DNA of 16,615 bases from Simkaniaceae bacterium. GTDB taxonomy: Bacteria; Chlamydiota; Chlamydiia; Chlamydiales; JAJFMI01. The notes under the pieces were generated by a model that was given only the letters and a program-made list of their open reading frames with translations, did not search any database and had not been told where the DNA came from. The position numbers were made by a program, and so were the translations under genes. The first letter of the stretch is position 1. Every line of letters starts with the position of its first letter. Shown here piece after piece: positions 1 through 6,791 of this stretch. Location of the stretch: assembly GCA_040880145.1 (NCBI GenBank), contig JBBDIZ010000025.1:1-16615 (forward strand), in the 5' to 3' direction.

Positions 1-1
1 G

Positions 2-43
2 CGAGGTTTCCTCCCACGACTAAAGCCGTGGGAGGAAACCTCG
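2..43. repeat. Perfect 17-bp inverted repeat (GC-rich hairpin) resembling an IS200/IS605-family end palindrome (PATE/REP-like)
   Basis: CGAGGTTTCCTCCCACG (2-18) is the exact reverse complement of CGTGGGAGGAAACCTCG (27-43), around ACTAAAGC. The core CCCACG-x-CTAAAG-x-CGTGGG matches hairpins I recall at tnpB/iscB element ends. The hairpin itself is certain; the family assignment is recalled. It lies at the window edge, so context is missing. Confidence 0.7.
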
Positions 44-51
44 TCATTTCT

Positions 52-315
52 ATGAGTAAAATATTTATAATCGAATTATGTGGTGATTCAGACCTTGAAG
101 GCATGGCAATAGATATCACTTATGATAATGAAACGGTTGCAACCATTAACTACGAGAAAGGGATAGATAATATAGAGGTTGAAATTCCTTCTCAGCCTAA
201 GAAATTTGTATTTTCGTTAGATAGCTTCTTAGTTGTTCTTGAAAAAGCAAAAAAACTCGCAAAAAAGTGCGCAAAAGAAGATAAAAATCTTAGAAAGAAG
301 GGAATAGATTTCTAA
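52..315 (+). CDS. Small hypothetical protein (87 aa), paralog of the next gene; resembles polymorphic-toxin immunity proteins
   Basis: ATG at 52 preferred over GTG at 28, which lies inside the hairpin. Aligns with 330..554 (F.I...D.E....I.YD....A.I..E.G...F.LD....VLEKAKK). The immunity role is inferred. Confidence 0.65.
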   Translation: MSKIFIIELCGDSDLEGMAIDITYDNETVATINYEKGIDNIEVEIPSQPKKFVFSLDSFLVVLEKAKKLAKKCAKEDKNLRKKGIDF

Positions 316-329
316 AAATAAGCAATAAA

Positions 330-554
330 ATGGAAAAGTTTCGTATAACAGTAGCCAGTTTGCCAGACAGAGAACGTCTTGTATCAGAAATTATTTATGA
401 TGGAGTTCAATGGGCTGAAATTTCCCAAGAGACAGGTAATCTAATTGTTCAATTTTATGCTCATCCGCGACAAAGGCATTGGGAATTTAACCTGGATGAG
501 GCGATCGCAGTCCTTGAAAAAGCTAAAAAAAAGCTTCTTGGTGAGAGTTCATGA
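330..554 (+). CDS. Small hypothetical protein (74 aa), putative polymorphic-toxin immunity-like protein
   Basis: Compact ORF MEKFRITVASLPDRERLVSEIIYDGVQWAEISQE...WEFNLDEAIAVLEKAKKKL, predicted beta strands plus a C-terminal helix; similar to 52..315. Confidence 0.7.
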   Translation: MEKFRITVASLPDRERLVSEIIYDGVQWAEISQETGNLIVQFYAHPRQRHWEFNLDEAIAVLEKAKKKLLGESS

Positions 555-634
555 TTTCTAATCTCCCACATAGAGAACATCCAGTATTTGAAGAATCAAA
601 TCATCTATGCCGGTTGTCGCTATCGTGGAATTAG
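551..634 (+). pseudogene. Truncated third copy of the 330..554 family (27-codon remnant; similarity limited to about 551-592)
   Basis: ATGA overlap with the 330..554 stop. It translates as MISNLPHREHPVFE versus TVASLPDRERLVSE; DNA 566-592 matches 363-389 at 20/27 nt. Similarity then stops and the frame ends at TAG 632-634. Confidence 0.55.
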
Positions 635-1398
635 AAGAAGAATTGATTGGCGTTTTCAAAAGTGATTTTTGCCATCTCTTCTAAAGAGCGCTTTTTTATG
701 TCTGCTAAAACCTGACAGGTTTCTAAAATGTATGAAGGCTCATTTGATCCTTTACCCCGTTTTGACTGAGGGGCGAGGTAGGGAGTATCCGTTTCGATGA
801 CGAGATTTTTTGAAGGAAGCTTTGCAAACGTTTCCCGAAGGCTGCTTGATTTTTTAAAGGTCGCGATTCCGCTCATTGAAATCAAAAACCCTCGATCAAC
901 CCCTTTTTTTGCCTCTTCATAGGAGCCCGTAAAGCAGTGAAGGAGAACCTTCCCCGAAAACTCCTGATCAAGATGCGCGTAGAGGTCGTCAAAGGCATTT
1001 CGACAATGGATAATAACGGGAAGATGACACGCTTTTGCTAAATGCAGATAGCGAATAAAAAATTCTTGCTGAATTTTTTTATTCGAGTGCTCGTAAAAAT
1101 AATCAAGACCTGTTTCCCCAATCGCCAAGAGCTCTTTGTCTCGAGCCGCTTTTGCAAAAAGAGGAAAGAGGCGCTCTCCCTCTTTTTCCACGTCATGAGG
1201 GGTTGTAGCTCCCGAATTGAAGATGAAATTTTCTTTTTTTCCAAGCTCCAATCCCCGCAATAAAGTTTCTTGATCCGTGCAGATATTGACAATGCGCTCA
1301 ACGCCTATCTCTTTAGCTCGATTTAGGATTTCGGGTAAGTGCAAATAGGTTTCACCCCAAGTAAGATGGGCGTGAGTATCAAATAATTTCGGTTTCAT
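631..1398 (-). CDS. tatD: TatD-family deoxyribonuclease / metal-dependent hydrolase (YcfH-like)
   Basis: Motifs FDTHAHL, AIGETGLDY, IIHCR, LHCFTG, IETDTPYLAP; 255 aa. Confidence 0.95.
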   Translation of the reverse strand: MKPKLFDTHAHLTWGETYLHLPEILNRAKEIGVERIVNICTDQETLLRGLELGKKENFIFNSGATTPHDVEKEGERLFPLFAKAARDKELLAIGETGLDYFYEHSNKKIQQEFFIRYLHLAKACHLPVIIHCRNAFDDLYAHLDQEFSGKVLLHCFTGSYEEAKKGVDRGFLISMSGIATFKKSSSLRETFAKLPSKNLVIETDTPYLAPQSKRGKGSNEPSYILETCQVLADIKKRSLEEMAKITFENANQFFF

Positions 1399-1485
1399 TT
1401 CGCTTAAAGGATAGAGGGTAAATCCCTTTTTAAACCAGAATTTTGTGCAGTTTCTTTTTTTTCTTAAATGGATTAGGATAAAGCC

Positions 1486-2190
1486 ATGAACTCCTTATCC
1501 ATTATCATGCAGGCTTTTGCATTAAGCGATTTTTTGGGAAAGCTCATCTTTACGGCTCTTTTTTCTCTATCGATTATTAGCTGGTATGTCCTTCTAACCA
1601 AAATTTTGTATCTGAAAAAAATGAACCTCATTTCAACAGGTCTCAAAAAGCTTATTTTAGAAAAACGCGACCGCCTTTTGGAGGTGCCAAAAGAGCGCCT
1701 AAAAGCGGCCCATCCCTTTGGATCCATCTATCTCTCTTTTCGTGGAAAAACGTTGGAGATTTTAGAAAAAAATCACTACTTTTCCGAAGGAAAAACCGTC
1801 TTTTTATCGAGTAACGATATGGACTTGATTGAAAGTTCGGTCTTAAGTTCCATCGGCAAAGAGGCAAAAAGACTTGAAAAAAACCTCTTTGTCCTTTCAA
1901 CGGTTGTGACTCTCGCTCCTTTTTTGGGGCTTCTTGGAACGGTCTGGGGAATTTTAATCACGTTTTCTGAATTGCAAAAGGGAGGAGTTGCCGCCTCCAA
2001 TCAATTTGTTTTAGGCGGGCTTGCAACGGCTCTTGCTACTACCGTTTTGGGCCTGTTAATTGCCATTCCGGCCTTGATCGGACACAGCTATTTAAAAAAT
2101 GTTATTCGGCAAAGTTTTCATGAAATGGAAGAGTTCGGGTCTCGTCTTCTCTCTATGATCGAAATTCAATACCGCAAAGTTGAGGGTTGA
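1486..2190 (+). CDS. tolQ: MotA/TolQ/ExbB proton-channel protein
   Basis: Three TM segments; TLAPFLGLLGTVWGI and ALATTVLGLLIAIPAL motifs; first gene of the tol-pal operon (often annotated exbB in chlamydiae). Confidence 0.9.
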   Translation: MNSLSIIMQAFALSDFLGKLIFTALFSLSIISWYVLLTKILYLKKMNLISTGLKKLILEKRDRLLEVPKERLKAAHPFGSIYLSFRGKTLEILEKNHYFSEGKTVFLSSNDMDLIESSVLSSIGKEAKRLEKNLFVLSTVVTLAPFLGLLGTVWGILITFSELQKGGVAASNQFVLGGLATALATTVLGLLIAIPALIGHSYLKNVIRQSFHEMEEFGSRLLSMIEIQYRKVEG

Positions 2191-2198
2191 GTATTTTT

Positions 2199-2621
2199 AT
2201 GCGGCGAAGAGGACTTAAATCTATTGAAATTGAGGAGAGTTTTGTTAATTTAACGCCTCTTATCGATGTGGTCTTCGTCGTTCTCATCATGTTCATTCTC
2301 ATCGCTCCTATGCTCGATCTCGATCGCATTTCTTTAGCTGATGCAAATAATGAAAAAGTAAAAGAAGAACAGCTCAATTTAAATGATCACAATGCAATCA
2401 AGATATTTGTGGGTGAAGATAACGCCATTTTAATTAATGGAAGGTCTATTGATTTAGAAAACATCAAAAGAGAACTTTTGTTTTTGAAAAAAAATTATCC
2501 TCTTGAAGTTCCGAAGCTCTTTCAGGATGAAAAAGCCTCTTTTGGAACCTACCAGAAAGTCAAAAATGCCGTCGAGGCGAGCGGTTTTGAAGAGCTTGAT
2601 GTCGTCTTGAAATCACGATGA
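2199..2621 (+). CDS. tolR: ExbD/TolR family protein
   Basis: NLTPLIDVVFVVLIMF with the conserved TM Asp. ATG 2199 preferred because GAGGG at 2182-2186 directly abuts the alternative TTG at 2187. Confidence 0.9.
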   Translation: MRRRGLKSIEIEESFVNLTPLIDVVFVVLIMFILIAPMLDLDRISLADANNEKVKEEQLNLNDHNAIKIFVGEDNAILINGRSIDLENIKRELLFLKKNYPLEVPKLFQDEKASFGTYQKVKNAVEASGFEELDVVLKSR

Positions 2622-3232
2622 GAAAAAAGGTTTTAAAAGCAGTTTTAATCACTCACGCCTTTCTGCTTGTGCTCTCTTTTATCTTTTATCGGCCCTTGTT
2701 CTCTCCTCGAAAACCGACCAAGCTGAAAGTGAAGACCCTTGTTTTAGCTCCGCCTCCTCCCCCTAAAATTGTTGTAAAAAGTGAACGAAAAGTTCAAGCA
2801 GTAAGAAAAAAGCCTGTTTTGAAAAAAAAACCTTCTCCTAAAAGAAAAGAGGCGCAAAAACTCATGGCCAGTATTGAAAAAAGTTTACAGACAATCGAAG
2901 CAAAAAATGAGATGGCAACCTCCCCTATCGACCTTCCGCAAAAAATCACCACTCTACAAATCGATCAAACTCCAAAAAAGGAGCTGAACTATAGTGAACG
3001 TTTGCTCGGCTATCTTCAATCCACTCTAATTCTTCCGGAGATTGGAGATGTGAAAGTGAAAATCACGATCAATAAAAGAGGGGGTTTAGAAAATCTTGAA
3101 ATCCTCTCTTCAGAAAGTCAAAAAAATGAAAACTACTTAAAAGAGGCGCTTTCACGAGAAAATTTTCCTTCGATGATCCAAAAAAAGAGCAAATCCTTTA
3201 TCCTGACCTTCTGTCATAAGGAGGCCGCTTGA
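2618..3232 (+). CDS. tolA: Short TolA/TonB-like energy transducer
   Basis: N-terminal TM helix with His (LITHAFLL), Pro/Lys-rich linker (APPPPPK, KKKPSPKRK), C-terminal TonB/TolA-like domain (GDVKVKITINKRG). Lies between tolR and tolB with ATGA/TTGA overlaps. Confidence 0.75.
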   Translation: MRKKVLKAVLITHAFLLVLSFIFYRPLFSPRKPTKLKVKTLVLAPPPPPKIVVKSERKVQAVRKKPVLKKKPSPKRKEAQKLMASIEKSLQTIEAKNEMATSPIDLPQKITTLQIDQTPKKELNYSERLLGYLQSTLILPEIGDVKVKITINKRGGLENLEILSSESQKNENYLKEALSRENFPSMIQKKSKSFILTFCHKEAA

Positions 3233-4497
3233 AAAAACTAAAAATTTTTTTTCTTTTCTTTACCCTGCTTTCAGCAACAGAAGAATTGACGATAAAGCTC
3301 GATACAAAAAAAAGCTGCATGCCCATTGCGGTCGAACTCAAAATCGCACCCCAAGTCTCCTTCAAAGAAAATTATGTCAAAAAACTCTACGATCTCTTTC
3401 TCTTTGACCTGAATTTTTCAGAGAAATTTTCGATTCAAAGCCCCCAATATGTCGCGGCTCAGCTTCGATTGATTCTGGAAAAAAGCCACTGCCATTTAAT
3501 TGTGGAAGATTTGAAGAAAAACCAGAAGAAAGAGATCAAAAACATCCCCCTTACTGGGGAGATTTCTGTTGATCGAGGCCGTGTTCATCAACTTGCAGAT
3601 TCTGTAATCCAAACGCTTTTTAATGACTCCAGTATTTTCACAAAACGCATCCTCTTTGCGACTAAATTCCCAAACCCCGGTAAAAAAGGGGACTTTCTCT
3701 CAGAAATTTGGTCTTGTGATTATGATGGAGAAAATCTCAAGCAGCTTACAAATGAGAATGCCTATTCGATCACCCCCCTCTTTTTTCCGGATCGTAATGC
3801 TGCTCATCATTTTTTTTATGTCTGCTATAAAAAAGGGGTTCCCAAAATCTATCTTTCCCGCTTTATGCGAAGTCAAGGCGCGCCGATCATTCCTTTAAGA
3901 GGCAACCAGCTCTTGCCTGCAATCTCCTCAGATGGAACGAAAGTCGCCTTTATCTCTGACGCCTCCGGTCGTGCCGACCTCTTTTTACAGGCATTTGATA
4001 TCAATGAAGGTCCAATTGACAAGCCGCGCCAACTCTATTCGCTGCCCGGCTCCGTTCAGGCCTCGCCAAGCTTTAGTCCGGACGGCAATCAACTTGTCTT
4101 CGTTTCCGACCGGGATGGGACTCCAAGGCTTTATTTAATTGATTTGAAAAACCTGTCCACAAGAAAAAGGCCCGAAATTCGCTGTTTGACATTAAAAAAT
4201 CGAGAAAATACCGGCCCCTCCTGGGCCCCTGACGGCAAGAAAATTGCCTACAGCTCAAAAACAGATGGTGTGCGTCAAATTTGGATACTCGACCTTGAAA
4301 ATGGAGAGGAGATTCAGCTTACAAAAGATAATCATCACAAAGAAAACCCTTGTTTTGCTTCCAATAGTTTACACATTGTATATAATACAACAGATAGAAA
4401 CGAATCTGAACTTTACCTCGTTTCGCTTAACAACCCCCACCCCCTAAAAATTACGGGAGGGGCCGGAAAAAAACACTACCCCTCATGGGAGCCCTAA
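3229..4497 (+). CDS. tolB: Tol-Pal beta-propeller protein TolB
   Basis: Signal peptide, CDYDG motif, PD40 repeats (PAISSDG, PSFSPDG, PSWAPDG, PSWEP). TTG start with strong SD TAAGGAGG at 3217-3224. Confidence 0.93.
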   Translation: MKKLKIFFLFFTLLSATEELTIKLDTKKSCMPIAVELKIAPQVSFKENYVKKLYDLFLFDLNFSEKFSIQSPQYVAAQLRLILEKSHCHLIVEDLKKNQKKEIKNIPLTGEISVDRGRVHQLADSVIQTLFNDSSIFTKRILFATKFPNPGKKGDFLSEIWSCDYDGENLKQLTNENAYSITPLFFPDRNAAHHFFYVCYKKGVPKIYLSRFMRSQGAPIIPLRGNQLLPAISSDGTKVAFISDASGRADLFLQAFDINEGPIDKPRQLYSLPGSVQASPSFSPDGNQLVFVSDRDGTPRLYLIDLKNLSTRKRPEIRCLTLKNRENTGPSWAPDGKKIAYSSKTDGVRQIWILDLENGEEIQLTKDNHHKENPCFASNSLHIVYNTTDRNESELYLVSLNNPHPLKITGGAGKKHYPSWEP

Positions 4498-4498
4498 G

Positions 4499-5182
4499 AT
4501 GAAAAAATACTACCTTTTGTTCTTAATTTCATTGACTTCTTGCCATCACAATTCTGAATCTGTCTGGGATGAGAATTCAACCGCCGGCAACTATATCAAT
4601 AAAGCCAAATCTTTCTTTTGGCGCCCTTTAGATGAGTCAAAAGCAATTAGCTCTCAAGAGGACTTCCTGGGCCCTGAGGAAGATGAATTCATCCCCCTAA
4701 AAGATACCGATCTTAAAACCCAGGTCGTCGACTATGCAGTGGCTCAAAGTCACAATGAGCCCGGAACACGCTTAAGCCGTATTCCGGGGATCGAAGGCTT
4801 TAAAACACCTACAGGCCACATGGCTGAGGTCATTCAAACCGTTTACTTCAATACGGATGATCATGTTTTAAGAAACCGCGACTATTATACAACCCTTATG
4901 CGCATTGCAACCTTAATGAAAAAAAATCCCAATCTCTATCTCTTTGTCTCCGGCCACTGCGATGAACGCGCTTCAGAAGCTTATAATTTAGCTCTTGGCA
5001 CAAGACGCTCAAATTTTGTCCGGGCTCAAATCATCAAGCAAGGGATCAGCGCCAATCGCGTTTTCAACATTTCTTATGGAAAAGAAATGCCTCAAGATCT
5101 TGGCCATTCGCGTGCGGCATGGGCACAAAATCGGCGCTGTGAATTTAAAGTCTATGAAAAACCCACAATCGTTCAAAGGTAA
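4499..5182 (+). CDS. pal: Peptidoglycan-associated lipoprotein Pal (OmpA-like C-terminal domain)
   Basis: Lipobox LTSC; VYFNTD, GHCDERASEAYNLALGTRRS, ISYGKE, NRRCEF; directly follows tolB. Confidence 0.92.
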   Translation: MKKYYLLFLISLTSCHHNSESVWDENSTAGNYINKAKSFFWRPLDESKAISSQEDFLGPEEDEFIPLKDTDLKTQVVDYAVAQSHNEPGTRLSRIPGIEGFKTPTGHMAEVIQTVYFNTDDHVLRNRDYYTTLMRIATLMKKNPNLYLFVSGHCDERASEAYNLALGTRRSNFVRAQIIKQGISANRVFNISYGKEMPQDLGHSRAAWAQNRRCEFKVYEKPTIVQR

Positions 5183-5187
5183 CCATC

Positions 5188-5844
5188 ATGAAAAAAGGTC
5201 TCTTAACCTTGCCTCTATTTTTTTTAGCAAGCTGCTCTACTATGAATTCAAATTCAAAAGAAGAAAGACATAAAACAGAGCTAACTATGACAAAGATAAG
5301 GTCTGATATTGAAGAGCTTCGCCATGATATGAACTCTCATCAAATGGAGCTTCACATCCTTGAAGGTAAAATTACTACTCAAGAAAACAGCCTCGCTCAG
5401 CTAAAGTCCCACTCGGTTGAGCAGCAGCAAATTCGCCTCGATCAGGTCATCGCTGATATCACTCACATCGAAAAAATTGCAGCGCGTCAAAGTAAGAAAT
5501 TTGAAGAAATCCTTCTCGACATCCAAAAACTCTCTATGCACGCGAATGAAACAACCCATGCCCTCACTCAATATAAAGACAAAATTGCTCAAGCAGAGCG
5601 AGCCATATCAAATCAAAACAAGCGCTTAGAAGAGATTTCTTTACTGAAGCAAAGTTTAAAAGAACTGGCTCACCTAGCCCTATCGACCTCTGACGATCTG
5701 TATACGGTCAAATCCGGAGATACTTTGGAGAAGATTGCTCGTTATTTCAATACTTCAACTCATGATATTAAGACAAAAAATCGACTGAAAGATGATAGGA
5801 TTTTTATCGGACAAGAATTAGTCATCCCCAAGCCGGCAAGATAG
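5188..5844 (+). CDS. Coiled-coil lipoprotein with C-terminal LysM domain (chlamydial CT601-like position)
   Basis: Lipobox LASC; heptad-rich middle region; LysM YTVKSGDTLEKIARYFNTS...IFIGQELVIP. Confidence 0.9.
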   Translation: MKKGLLTLPLFFLASCSTMNSNSKEERHKTELTMTKIRSDIEELRHDMNSHQMELHILEGKITTQENSLAQLKSHSVEQQQIRLDQVIADITHIEKIAARQSKKFEEILLDIQKLSMHANETTHALTQYKDKIAQAERAISNQNKRLEEISLLKQSLKELAHLALSTSDDLYTVKSGDTLEKIARYFNTSTHDIKTKNRLKDDRIFIGQELVIPKPAR

Positions 5845-5995
5845 TCTATACCGGAATTGTTGAACGAATTTTTAGGAAAACAATTTTAGATTTTTACGAC
5901 ACGCCATCGATTAAAAAGGTTAAATTTTAATTTCTAACAAGTCTCCCTTTGAGTTTTTTTAATGAATCTGGTTCAATAGTCAAAAATTGCTACAA

Positions 5996-6034
5996 CTGAA
6001 CATTCACAAGAACTTTTTCTTGGAACTTGTTCAG
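5996..6034 (+). promoter_or_regulatory. Imperfect inverted repeat in the leader of the response regulator
   Basis: CTGAACA(5996-6002)/TGTTCAG(6028-6034), TTC/GAA and CAAGAA(6007-6012)/TTCTTG(6017-6022) around loop CTTT; ends 7 nt before SD AGAGG. Function unknown. Confidence 0.35.
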
Positions 6035-6053
6035 GCAAACAAGAGGAAATGTT

Positions 6054-6773
6054 ATGGGCCAAAAAAAGAGAATTTTACTCATTGAGGATGAAGAAGATAT
6101 TGCATCAGTAGTCAAGCTTCAAGCTGAGCTCAATGGTTATAAGCTTCACTGTGAAGTCGATGGAATTAATGGCTACCGTGCCGTAGAGAGAGAACGACCC
6201 GACCTCGTTATTCTAGATGTGATGCTTCCGGGCTTAAATGGTTATGACGTCTGTCGTCGAATCAAAAACAACCCTGATCTAAGGGATACGCTTGTTCTTA
6301 TGCTGACTGCAAAAGCAGAAGAGCTCGATATTGTTCTTGGGTTAGAGCTCGGAGCGGATGACTATATTCCCAAACCCTTTTCATCAAAGGTCCTTTTTTC
6401 AAAAGTCAAAGCGCTGCTAAGACGCGGCCGTGAACCTGAAAAAACTCCAAAGATTGCAAAGTTTGGCGAATTTACCCTTGATATCGATCGCTACCTTCTT
6501 AAGAAAAGTCATGAATCCATTACGATCACTCTCTCTGAGTTTGGAATTTTACGACGACTATTAACGAATCGGGGTAAAGTCCTAACTCGTAATCAACTCT
6601 TAGATGATATCCACAATGACGATGCGTTTGTTGTCGATCGAAATATCGATGTTCATATCGCTTCATTACGAAAAAAACTCGGTCCAAAATTCAATTGGAT
6701 TGAAACCGTACGAGGCGTTGGATATCGTCTCAAAGAAGAAGAAGCTGGTGTCGAAGAAAGCCTTGCGGGCTAA
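6054..6773 (+). CDS. OmpR/PhoB-family DNA-binding response regulator (orphan in this window)
   Basis: Receiver domain ILLIEDE, LDVMLP (phospho-acceptor Asp), LTAK, GADDYIPKPF; winged helix RNIDVHIASLRKKL, IETVRGVGY. ATG 6054 has SD AGAGG at 6042-6046. Confidence 0.93.
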   Translation: MGQKKRILLIEDEEDIASVVKLQAELNGYKLHCEVDGINGYRAVERERPDLVILDVMLPGLNGYDVCRRIKNNPDLRDTLVLMLTAKAEELDIVLGLELGADDYIPKPFSSKVLFSKVKALLRRGREPEKTPKIAKFGEFTLDIDRYLLKKSHESITITLSEFGILRRLLTNRGKVLTRNQLLDDIHNDDAFVVDRNIDVHIASLRKKLGPKFNWIETVRGVGYRLKEEEAGVEESLAG

Positions 6774-6791
6774 CCCTTAAGCTTTTTTCTT

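Noticed and set aside
28..51. GTG start at 28 for the first ORF
   Set aside because: It lies within the hairpin arm; alignment with the paralog begins at ATG 52.
1038..5629. Short alternative-frame and antisense ORFs (e.g. 1038-1301, 1473-1727, 3623-3898, 4995-5273, 5417-5629)
   Set aside because: They overlap well-supported tatD and tol-pal genes and have no recognisable motifs; shadow ORFs.
5845..6053. Pho box or other tandem OmpR-type sites upstream of the regulator
   Set aside because: No CTGTCAT-like 11-bp-period direct repeat is visible. The lone CTGTCAT at 3211 is inside tolA and unpaired.
6054..6773. Naming the regulator chxR or phoB
   Set aside because: It retains the phospho-Asp, unlike ChxR, and has no phoR/pst neighbours, so no symbol is assigned.
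6757..6791. Intrinsic terminator after the regulator
   Set aside because: Only short interrupted pairing (AAAGC/GCTTT, GGG/CCC) before the T-run; too weak, and the next gene starts 18 nt after the stop.
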